Virus record (IMG/VR): IMGVR_UViG_3300044701_002494
Span: 32,007 to 96,006 of that record
Strand: one strand, 5' to 3'
From: a virus
Length of the DNA: 64,000 bases
Shown in pieces: positions 28,860 to 37,054 of this stretch (its first letter is position 1; every line of letters begins with the position of its first letter). Made by a program: the position numbers and the translations under genes. The notes under the pieces are model-generated. The model did no database searches. It had not been told where the DNA came from and saw nothing but the letters and a program-made list of their open reading frames with translations.

Positions 28860-30134
28860 TTACCTTTGCTCAATCCAGTTCAATACTGCAAGTGATTTTT
28901 TATTAGTATTGGGACTTGCACAAACAAGTGTATAAGTGTCACTAATTGTTCCAATGCCACTTCTACCTAACTGAAGTGCTGCTTTAATATCAAGATCAAC
29001 TAACGCACCACTACCATTAATTACAAAACCACTCAAAAGATCACTTCCACCAGATACTGCAGTTTGAGTGATATTATACTGCATAAAAGAGTTTGGATCG
29101 GGATGATCTACCCAAGTTCCTCCAGTCAGTGTTGCATTTTGTAGAAGTTGCCAATAAACATTCGTATTGTCATCAGTTGCTGCCTGTAATGATCTCAAGA
29201 GCATTACACCAGTTAGATTATTGGATTTTAAACGAATGCTTATAATCGGATAGAATGTATTTGCTGATGTCATTGTTGTCCCTGTGATGGGATTTGATAT
29301 GCTCAAAAGAGTTCCGAGTTTTTCTGGTTCTCCTTCCTGAATAAGAGAATTAGAACCCTGATACATGTAATGAGTTCCTGCAACACCAGTTACATTTTCT
29401 ATCTCAAGTCTAATAGGCAAGAAAGGAGTGGAACACCAAACTCCTGGGTTGGTATTTGCATTATCAAAAGTATGAGATGCAACAGTCTCATTCTTCATTA
29501 ACCAAGCAAATTGAATTATACCTGCACCATACCATTCATAATTGATGGAAATCATTTGTTGTTTTGTTGGATCTGCAGTTACTCCAGTCCAACCATTTCC
29601 ATCAAACTTTTCACCATTCCAATCATCTCTGTATACTCTTGTTTCCGTAACAATTCCAGTTACACTACTGCGAATTACATAAGAATATGTTCCCCCATCA
29701 TCCTCAAAATAAACACCATTATTTTCATCGAACAATCCAAATCTTCTACGAATACCTACTTTTGGTTGTTCTAGACGAACTGCAAATGCAAGAGTTGCAC
29801 CCCTACCAGGAATGTATCTCATTACATTCTTGGTTTGACGAATTACTTTGCTTCCTGTAGTAGAACCAACTTGCATTATAATATTACTGGCATTTGCATT
29901 AAATGTTGCAGTCCCTACTCCAACTATTCTTTCATCCCATACATCAGTCTCTTTACCATACTGGAAGGTGTTGAAGAATACTGTTTGGAACGGAGATATT
30001 TTAAATCTGTTGTTGTTGGTGAATTGAGGTCTCCAGTCCGTCTGGTTTCCCCAGTGATCTGCGATATTGAAAACTTCAAATAAAGTTCTTTCTTGATTTA
30101 GAAAGTCTTGGTCATTCTTATTCCATTGTGCCAT
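28860..30134 (-). CDS. Hypothetical protein, probably a virion structural beta-rich protein
   Basis: 424 aa in the head module; RYIPG and YEWYGAG motifs. Confidence 0.55.
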   Translation of the reverse strand: MAQWNKNDQDFLNQERTLFEVFNIADHWGNQTDWRPQFTNNNRFKISPFQTVFFNTFQYGKETDVWDERIVGVGTATFNANASNIIMQVGSTTGSKVIRQTKNVMRYIPGRGATLAFAVRLEQPKVGIRRRFGLFDENNGVYFEDDGGTYSYVIRSSVTGIVTETRVYRDDWNGEKFDGNGWTGVTADPTKQQMISINYEWYGAGIIQFAWLMKNETVASHTFDNANTNPGVWCSTPFLPIRLEIENVTGVAGTHYMYQGSNSLIQEGEPEKLGTLLSISNPITGTTMTSANTFYPIISIRLKSNNLTGVMLLRSLQAATDDNTNVYWQLLQNATLTGGTWVDHPDPNSFMQYNITQTAVSGGSDLLSGFVINGSGALVDLDIKAALQLGRSGIGTISDTYTLVCASPNTNKKSLAVLNWIEQR

Positions 30135-30137
30135 TAA

Positions 30138-30446
30138 TCAATCACTCCACGATAGTCTTTCTGGTCTGTATCTTTGTGCGTTTTTAACTGTTACTGAATT
30201 TGATGTTGAAGGGTAAATATTATGAACAATTGCTCCAGGATACTCTCCTTGTAGTTGTTCAGCAAGTTCATTTTTGCTCATCATTTTCCCTTCAAGTTCC
30301 ATACGATATAATCTTCCTTGCCAGACTACATCTGCAAGAAAAGATTCGGTTGCTGTCTCTGGTTGGGATGCATTCATATAAAGATTTCCATTGAAATCTC
30401 CGGCAATATTGATGCTTTCGGAAATAAACTGTTGAAAGGATTTCAT
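30138..30446 (-). CDS. Hypothetical protein with capsid-targeting-like leader
   Basis: Begins MKSFQQFISES. Confidence 0.6.
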   Translation of the reverse strand: MKSFQQFISESINIAGDFNGNLYMNASQPETATESFLADVVWQGRLYRMELEGKMMSKNELAEQLQGEYPGAIVHNIYPSTSNSVTVKNAQRYRPERLSWSD

Positions 30447-30447
30447 T

Positions 30448-31881
30448 TTAGTTACAGTTCCAACGACGAAGTGCTTTGTTTATTCTTGAATCTGGATCTC
30501 TTGCAGTTTTTGTAGAAGTAAGTTTTGATTTCATTCCGGACATACGACGACAGAATGAAGCACGACGTTTTGCTCTTTTACCTTTTGGTTTCTTTTCAGT
30601 TACTGCAGTTTGTAATTTTGAACCAGGATTCTCACGCCGATAAGCATTAACTGCTTTTTGACTTAATCCATCAGTTTTATCTTGGCGATTAACTTTTTGC
30701 CAATCTTCAGACAATCCAAAATCTGCTCTCCAGTTTGAATATTCTTCGGTTTTCATCTCACCACTGTCGATATAATCTGCAGCAGAATCTAAATAATCTG
30801 CGGCTTTTGTAATTTTTGATTGAACCCACGCTTCAATATTACCTTCACCCTTCATTTTTTTACGAAGTCTTTTTGCTGCGGAAATAATAGTAGAGATTTC
30901 CGAGCGAGCCATTGAATATTCATGGTCTTTCTCTTCGTTTGCGGGGTGTACCTGAGCAATATTAAATTTCATTTGATTTGAAGTAAGTGCTGGAGGTATT
31001 GAGAACATATCCCAAAACTTTGGTCCATACTTACACTCACTTCTAGTTTCATCTTTTTGACACTTTGGACAATATCTAATCATATCCACCGCTTCAGATT
31101 TTGTTCCCCAATTATCTGCACCAACTTTACGACACTTAACCAATGCTCCAGATGCATATGCACTTGGCCAAACATCATATCTTGACTTTACTTTATGATA
31201 GCAAGCATCTTTTTTACCACTACCTTTTCCAGGTTTGTCTTTTATTTCTTGTAAATCCATTTCTTCTGTTCTAACATTAGTTGGCTTTGCACCACCAGTT
31301 TTTTCTGGTTGATTTGGATCTAAACGATTTTTTCTTCTTCTTGCCGCCTCTTCTTCATCTTTGGAAAGTGCTCTTTTCATTTTAGAACTTCCACATTTTG
31401 GTGTTGAAGTTTGACCTGGTTGACGAGCACAAGGTTTACCTGCCCATTTACCACCTAATTGAACCCACCCTGCTTTTCCATCCGATGATTTAGATTTTCC
31501 AAACCAATCATGAAGTCCTTCATCTCCAGATCTGGTTTCTTCTTTCACATCCTTAAATTTTTTATGATGCTTTTTGGCATCAGACTCCATTTTTTTTAGG
31601 CGAGTGTAATAATCTGGAATTTCATCAAGATGCTGAAGAGCAATTTCTCTTGCCAATTCACGATTTTTGGTGTGTTCATGTTCAATGGGTTCACCCATTT
31701 GAAGTTGCTTTTCAATGAAAGAAACATCTAAACGATGCTTCTTTGCAATTTGCTCGGCGGTTTTAAATGCCTTTAATTGCTCTTTTAATTTTTTAATCTT
31801 ACCTTGACAATGAGCTCTTTGAGAAAATCCCTTTGGATTGTCGCAATCAATTAACTTTTTATATTTTTCCGACCAACCCAT
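30448..31881 (-). CDS. Modular basic hypothetical protein, possible head-internal polyprotein
   Basis: 477 aa of short modules (EHEHT..IALQHLDEIPDYYTRL; ACYHKVKSRY..WPSAYASG; SFCRRM..SRINKALRRWNC) joined by xEE/LxE linkers. Confidence 0.6.
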   Translation of the reverse strand: MGWSEKYKKLIDCDNPKGFSQRAHCQGKIKKLKEQLKAFKTAEQIAKKHRLDVSFIEKQLQMGEPIEHEHTKNRELAREIALQHLDEIPDYYTRLKKMESDAKKHHKKFKDVKEETRSGDEGLHDWFGKSKSSDGKAGWVQLGGKWAGKPCARQPGQTSTPKCGSSKMKRALSKDEEEAARRRKNRLDPNQPEKTGGAKPTNVRTEEMDLQEIKDKPGKGSGKKDACYHKVKSRYDVWPSAYASGALVKCRKVGADNWGTKSEAVDMIRYCPKCQKDETRSECKYGPKFWDMFSIPPALTSNQMKFNIAQVHPANEEKDHEYSMARSEISTIISAAKRLRKKMKGEGNIEAWVQSKITKAADYLDSAADYIDSGEMKTEEYSNWRADFGLSEDWQKVNRQDKTDGLSQKAVNAYRRENPGSKLQTAVTEKKPKGKRAKRRASFCRRMSGMKSKLTSTKTARDPDSRINKALRRWNCN

Positions 31882-31894
31882 TAGAATATTGACA

Positions 31895-32326
31895 TTACTC
31901 CTTATTATTTAGAAAACCTTTTTTTAGTAGTTTTGATAATTCTGAAGTAGATCCTACAAAAACAGCATTATTTGTCACGTTATTAGTCGTTTTAACAGTA
32001 TCCTCCTCAACATCTTTTAGTTTCTTTTGCAAATCAATAAGTTTATCAGTAACATCTCCAACACTCTTAATTAATTGTCCAGCAACTTCATATGCTCTTG
32101 GACTCCCACCCTCTCCAGCGAGTTCCATTATTCCATTAATTGCCTCCTGCCCCTTTTCAATCAATGAATATAAGTTTGCCCTCGTATATTCATAATCTTT
32201 CTTAATATCATCCGTTTTAATTGGTGTAATATTTAAATCTTCCTTTACCTTTTCAATTTCAACTACATCACTCTCAACATTTAGAGCAGAATTTAAATTT
32301 TCATACTTGTTTGACATAAAAATCAA
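31895..32326 (-). CDS. gp16: Terminase small subunit
   Basis: DYEYTRANLYSLIEKGQEA, PRAYEVAGQL, NNAVFVGSTSEL. Confidence 0.93.
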   Translation of the reverse strand: MIFMSNKYENLNSALNVESDVVEIEKVKEDLNITPIKTDDIKKDYEYTRANLYSLIEKGQEAINGIMELAGEGGSPRAYEVAGQLIKSVGDVTDKLIDLQKKLKDVEEDTVKTTNNVTNNAVFVGSTSELSKLLKKGFLNNKE

Positions 32327-33123
32327 ATATCAATTTGTCTTGTTGGACTATAAGATTTGGAATCTGAGAAATCCTCCCAAACTTCATTAAATCCAAAATC
32401 ATCATCTGGATCGGCATCGATGGGATCTGGAGTTACAGTGTATCTAACCTCTCTCTTAGCAGTATTTGTATCGGTAGTTGAGTACATATCAACTTGAACC
32501 TTACGAATAAGACCATCACTACTTTCTGCAATTGGTCCAAATAAGTATGTTTTTGCAGTAAAATTAAATGTATAAATTAAAACCCTTCTCGTTGAATAAT
32601 CTCCTTCATAATCATCTGTAAAAGAAACATTGTCTAAAACGACTGGAATATCTCTTTTTTCCCCTATTGAATCCACCAAATCAACGCTTAAATTAAATGA
32701 GGGTTGAAAATATGGCAGTATCTGTTCTACAGCTTGTAGAGCATCATCTTGAAGTTTTGTCATCAAGTTTAATTGAAATCCTATGTTATATGGAACAGGT
32801 AAATATACTTTCTTAATGTTTCCACCATCATCGCAAGCTTTAAATGTTTGTGTTATGTTTGATTTTCTAGTTGGATCATATTGTATAGAATTCATTTCAA
32901 ATGAAAGTCTTGGAAGGGTTATTGCTATTGGTTTATTTAACTCCGGTTGCTGCTCAAGTCTTGCTAAAAACTTTTGCATTGGACCATAAGCAAGTGGAAT
33001 TTTTATCTCACTTATTGAATCACCAGAAGAATTTTTATGCCTTATATGAATATCATTAAATAATGTTCCAAATGCAATGACAGTTCTTCTAATGATTTCG
33101 TGATAAAAATAAGTTCCTAACGT
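32323..33123 (-). CDS. gp15: Tail sheath stabilizer/completion protein; reading frame extends upstream of the track's ATG to an ACG at 33123
   Basis: (T)LGTYFYHEIIRRTVIAFGTLFNDI..IPLAYGP is in frame with MQKFLAR..LPRLSFE..PVPY..EQILPYFQP. Confidence 0.9.
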   Translation of the reverse strand, partial: TLGTYFYHEIIRRTVIAFGTLFNDIHIRHKNSSGDSISEIKIPLAYGPMQKFLARLEQQPELNKPIAITLPRLSFEMNSIQYDPTRKSNITQTFKACDDGGNIKKVYLPVPYNIGFQLNLMTKLQDDALQAVEQILPYFQPSFNLSVDLVDSIGEKRDIPVVLDNVSFTDDYEGDYSTRRVLIYTFNFTAKTYLFGPIAESSDGLIRKVQVDMYSTTDTNTAKREVRYTVTPDPIDADPDDDFGFNEVWEDFSDSKSYSPTRQIDI

Positions 33124-33172
33124 CTTCCTATACCCGATTATTCAAAAATTATTAATAGATTATATTTATTTA

Positions 33173-34570
33173 TCAAAATATACCAAATGGATTTTTTTCA
33201 CTAAAATCTAAAATTGAGTCCGACTCATCCTCTATTAATTTATTTTCACCATATTTATCATATAGGTCCCAATTTATATATGAATTTACAGAATAACTAG
33301 CACTAGAGATTGAACCTACTAAAACTTCACCAGGATAAAATCCGTTCTTAGAAGAATCATTTACAAAAGAAACTTTAAGTATTTTTGTATCTTGATCCCA
33401 ACTCTTAACTCTTGCAGTAGTTCCTGAAGATGAACCAGTGACAATTTCATTAAAAACATATGTACCAAATCCAACTAAAACGGGTGGTGGTTGAATTTCA
33501 ACTGTTGGCGTATCAGTGTAACCAGTTCCCGGATTTGAAACTAATATTGTAGAAATATTTTTGTTTGTCCCCAAAGATGCAATACCTACTGCAGTCTGAG
33601 CAAAGGAAATTGGTTCTGATGGTGATGAAATAGTTACAATTGGGACCGAAGAGTATCCAGTTCCCTGGTCAATCATAGTAAATCTTAATATGCCCTTATA
33701 AGTAGTTTCTATAGAACAAGTTGCAGCGGCACCAATTCCACCTCCACCGGAAATATCTATAGATGGAGGTTCGGTGTACCCAGAACCTGCGTTGGTTAAT
33801 AGAATATCAAAAATAGAATAAACTCCTCCGGCACTAGTTGTTATTGCAACTGCTGTTGCATTGTCTCCAGTGGGTGATGTCGAAATACTAACAATTGGTA
33901 TAGAAGTATATCCATATCCATCATCATTTATGAATATCTCTCTAACATAACTAGTTCCTATAGATGCTGAGGCAGTTGCAGTTCTTCCAGTTCCAACAAG
34001 TTGTAAGGTTGTTATGTACCCCTCATCTTGAATTTGAGTATCAATTTCGTCAATTGTAGTTTCAATAACTTCATCTTCATATTCAAATAATTCACATTTC
34101 AGTTCATACATGTATAGTTGCCCCAATTGATAAAAAGGTTGCTCATTTTCTACAAATTTAATTTCAAAAATTCTTTGTCCAAGGGGAAAATAAACTAAAT
34201 CACCTTCTCTGGGGCGTGAAGAAATGGTAATTTCCGAAGGACTTTCAGTCTCTAAAAATGGAGATATAAAATCTTCGAATCTTTCTTTAGAAATTACTAA
34301 ACTTAATTCATCTTTTAAATTTACACCAAATTTTGTTAAGATATCACCCTGCCCAGAATATCCATCATAGTTGTTTATATATGCTTCTAAAGCAAAATTA
34401 TCATCAAACTTTGAAGATTGTATTTCTTTGATAATAGACTGACTTCTTATGAATTTTCTAGGTATATAAACTATTTCAACACCATAAATTCTCAAATGTT
34501 CATTAATTAGTTCTTGAACTAATCTCTGCTCATTTTGAGAACCTTGTAAGAAGAAAGGATTGAGTGCCAT
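33173..34570 (-). CDS. gp14: Neck protein
   Basis: EQRLVQELINE, DILTKFG, RPREGDLVYFP, FYQLG, DFSEKNPFG; internal G-x-GYT repeats. Confidence 0.93.
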   Translation of the reverse strand: MALNPFFLQGSQNEQRLVQELINEHLRIYGVEIVYIPRKFIRSQSIIKEIQSSKFDDNFALEAYINNYDGYSGQGDILTKFGVNLKDELSLVISKERFEDFISPFLETESPSEITISSRPREGDLVYFPLGQRIFEIKFVENEQPFYQLGQLYMYELKCELFEYEDEVIETTIDEIDTQIQDEGYITTLQLVGTGRTATASASIGTSYVREIFINDDGYGYTSIPIVSISTSPTGDNATAVAITTSAGGVYSIFDILLTNAGSGYTEPPSIDISGGGGIGAAATCSIETTYKGILRFTMIDQGTGYSSVPIVTISSPSEPISFAQTAVGIASLGTNKNISTILVSNPGTGYTDTPTVEIQPPPVLVGFGTYVFNEIVTGSSSGTTARVKSWDQDTKILKVSFVNDSSKNGFYPGEVLVGSISSASYSVNSYINWDLYDKYGENKLIEDESDSILDFSEKNPFGIF

Positions 34571-34571
34571 A

Positions 34572-35414
34572 TTAACCTATAAAATCATAAGGTGGTAATT
34601 CATAATCAAGAGACATTCTTTGTCTTATATTTTCAAGTTCTCTTTCTGCATCTTCATATAACTCTCTACCATTTAATTCTATTCCACCTGGCAATTTAAC
34701 TCCTCTAAATTTAATGAGATTTTGTCCCCACTGGCGTTTCATTAATGATGTTAAATATTTTTTTAAGAAACTATCATCATAAACTTTAGTGAAATCGTTT
34801 GGATTTAAAATTCTATAACAATCAATAATTAAATATGTATCTTTTGATTTGGAAGTCCAATCAATATCTAGATATAGTCTATTTTGTCTTTTATTAAATC
34901 TTATTTGTTTATCAGTTGAAAGTAAAAAATCAATATCTTCTAAGTATGTTTTTACCATTGCATATTGTAAAAGTTCGACAGAATTAAAATAATATAAATC
35001 ATTTAAAAATAACTGATATTTAATGCTCCACATACCTGCAGATATTGAACTTGTATCAAATTTAAATATTTTTTCAACACCAATCACTGAATCCGGAACT
35101 TGAATATAATTCGAATTTTCATAAAAAGTTGAAGTTATTGTTCCAATACCACTGTTAGATGAAGATCCTGTAGTGGTTACAATACCAACTCCATTTGGGG
35201 GATCTGCCCTTCCTCTATTAATGTCAGATTCAGTTATCTTATATTTTAAATACATTCTTTCAACACCATCAAAATGGCGTTCATTAAAAAACTGTAGAGC
35301 ATCATCTACTAGGTCATCAATTTGTTCATCAGCTAGATTAATTTCTAATATAGGAGCTCCTAGTTTTCTTAAACAATAATCAATTAATTCTTGTCTTGTT
35401 GATGGTTTTGACAT
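34572..35414 (-). CDS. gp13: Neck protein
   Basis: YCLRKLGAP, HFDG, KRQWGQNLIKF.GVKLPGG. Confidence 0.95.
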   Translation of the reverse strand: MSKPSTRQELIDYCLRKLGAPILEINLADEQIDDLVDDALQFFNERHFDGVERMYLKYKITESDINRGRADPPNGVGIVTTTGSSSNSGIGTITSTFYENSNYIQVPDSVIGVEKIFKFDTSSISAGMWSIKYQLFLNDLYYFNSVELLQYAMVKTYLEDIDFLLSTDKQIRFNKRQNRLYLDIDWTSKSKDTYLIIDCYRILNPNDFTKVYDDSFLKKYLTSLMKRQWGQNLIKFRGVKLPGGIELNGRELYEDAERELENIRQRMSLDYELPPYDFIG

Positions 35415-35418
35415 TTTT

Positions 35419-36318
35419 TTAATAGGTTCCTCCGTCTATTAAACTAGACCATACGGGTACATTACCATTAGTTGTTGTCAATATATAGTTAGTATAATTG
35501 ACTGGACTATCTGGCGAATCGGTATAATAAAGTAATCCATCATTATTAAAATATGCCACAGAATTTGTGTTGTATGTAGTATATGATATTCCATCTGTTT
35601 CTATTTGATCAACAGATATGTTAATACCAGAAGCCTCAGAAAAACTTATTCCAGTGGCGTTTAAGGTTCCAATAGTACCAATACCACTATAAGAAATATC
35701 AGTCCCCGATAAGTAATCAATAGTTCCTGTAGTTACATCAAGAGTTTCAATAGTACCAATACCACTATAAGAAACATTAGTCCCACTTAAGTAATCAATA
35801 GTTCCTGTAGTGGTGTCTAAGGTTTCAATAGTACCAATACCAGAAGTATTAAGATTAGTATTAGTTAAGTAATCAATAGTTCCTGTAGTTACATCAAGAG
35901 TTTCAATAGTACCAATACCAGATATATTAATCTGATTACCACTTATATAATCTACTACGAATTCAGTATTTGCATAAAGATTGCCACCAACATAAAGATC
36001 ACTAGAAAATGTTCCAACACCAACAAAAGTAGACACTCCAGAAACATATAAGTCACCGATAGTGGCAATTCCTAGAGTCGCAATACCACTGTAAGAAATT
36101 CCTATACCACTTAAATAATCAATAGAAGCAGAATTTGCATAAAAATTTTCTGAAAAATAGCTAGTCCCATTAAATGTAGAAATTCCAGAAACATAAAGTT
36201 GTGTAACAGATGCAATTCCACCTATAACATTTTTAGATGTATCTGAAATGTCGCCCGAAAATCCAGAAACAACCTTAATAGCATTTTGTTGTCCTATTCT
36301 TACCTTTATATCTGACAT
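35419..36318 (-). CDS. Putative fiber/virion protein with 26-aa repeats
   Basis: GGIASVTQL.VSGISTF, repeated SGIGTIETLD.TTGTIDYL, C-terminal IDGGTY. Confidence 0.6.
   Translation of the reverse strand: MSDIKVRIGQQNAIKVVSGFSGDISDTSKNVIGGIASVTQLYVSGISTFNGTSYFSENFYANSASIDYLSGIGISYSGIATLGIATIGDLYVSGVSTFVGVGTFSSDLYVGGNLYANTEFVVDYISGNQINISGIGTIETLDVTTGTIDYLTNTNLNTSGIGTIETLDTTTGTIDYLSGTNVSYSGIGTIETLDVTTGTIDYLSGTDISYSGIGTIGTLNATGISFSEASGINISVDQIETDGISYTTYNTNSVAYFNNDGLLYYTDSPDSPVNYTNYILTTTNGNVPVWSSLIDGGTY
35670..35945. repeat. 78-bp coding tandem repeat, about 3.5 units
   Basis: aatagtaccaatacc recurs at 35671, 35749, 35827 and 35905. Confidence 0.9.
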
Positions 36319-36662
36319 TATCTAGTTACTCCTTCTCTTACCAAAGCCATTCCTTCAATGACTCTCGATTTAAGACCAGTTGGACTTGTAATTAAAATAT
36401 CATAAACATATCTTCCGGGTTTTAAATTTGCAGTTTGGGCAGGTGTTAAATATATTAAAATTTTTCCACTAGTAGGTGGATCTAATATTGAAGTTGAAAA
36501 TGAAATATATGACGTACTTCCAGACCATTTTCTTAATTGTGAAGATATAGAATAATTAGTTAAATCTAATGCCGAATTGTAATCCGCACTTTCTAGAGTA
36601 AAAGACTGACTAAAATTTGCACCAGCATTGATGACTATATTAGTTACATATACTGAAGACAT
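36318..36662 (-). CDS. Small Ig/BppU-like virion protein
   Basis: NIVINAGANFSQSF..DLTNYS..LTPAQT..GRYVYDI..RVIEG; TATAAATA at 36685-36692. Confidence 0.6.
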   Translation of the reverse strand: MSSVYVTNIVINAGANFSQSFTLESADYNSALDLTNYSISSQLRKWSGSTSYISFSTSILDPPTSGKILIYLTPAQTANLKPGRYVYDILITSPTGLKSRVIEGMALVREGVTR

Positions 36663-36687
36663 TTTGCAAATTTTCCCTACTTTTTAT

Positions 36688-36864
36688 TTATATTTGAATT
36701 GAAGAGAATGAAGTTATAACCTCTTGTTGCTTTAGATATAATTTAACGTAAAGTTTTGCAAAAATTCTAAGTTCATCTTTATCTAATTGATCAATAAGTC
36801 TAGAATGTTTTTCATATTCAAATAATTTATCAACTGTATCTAAACTAATATCATTTGTATCCAT
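36688..36864 (-). CDS. NblA-like two-helix small protein (58 aa, not in the ORF track)
   Basis: MDTNDISLDTVDKLFEYEKHSRLIDQLDKDELRIFAKLYVKLYLKQQEVITSFSSIQI with an AAGGAG SD; function is inference. Confidence 0.5.
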   Translation of the reverse strand: MDTNDISLDTVDKLFEYEKHSRLIDQLDKDELRIFAKLYVKLYLKQQEVITSFSSIQI

Positions 36865-37054
36865 TTAAAATCTCCTTTAATAATGACTTAATTTCATTAA
36901 TATCTTCTTTAATTTTTTGAATTTCCAATTGCTGACTACTCCTTTTTTTAACAGAAGCAATGTAATGATTATATGAAAGATTGTCACAATTAACAATTGC
37001 TCCAGTATCCTCATCTCGATATAAATTTGGGTGCCCTTCTACTGGTATCATCAT
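36851..37054 (-). CDS. Conserved small hypothetical protein
   Basis: IPVEGHPNLYRDEDTGAIVN plus C-terminal coiled coil. Confidence 0.7.
   Translation of the reverse strand: MMIPVEGHPNLYRDEDTGAIVNCDNLSYNHYIASVKKRSSQQLEIQKIKEDINEIKSLLKEILNGYK

Noticed and set aside
35670-35945. Diversity-generating retroelement template/variable repeat pair
   Set aside because: Repeats are tandem and in frame, differences are not adenine-specific, and no reverse transcriptase is present
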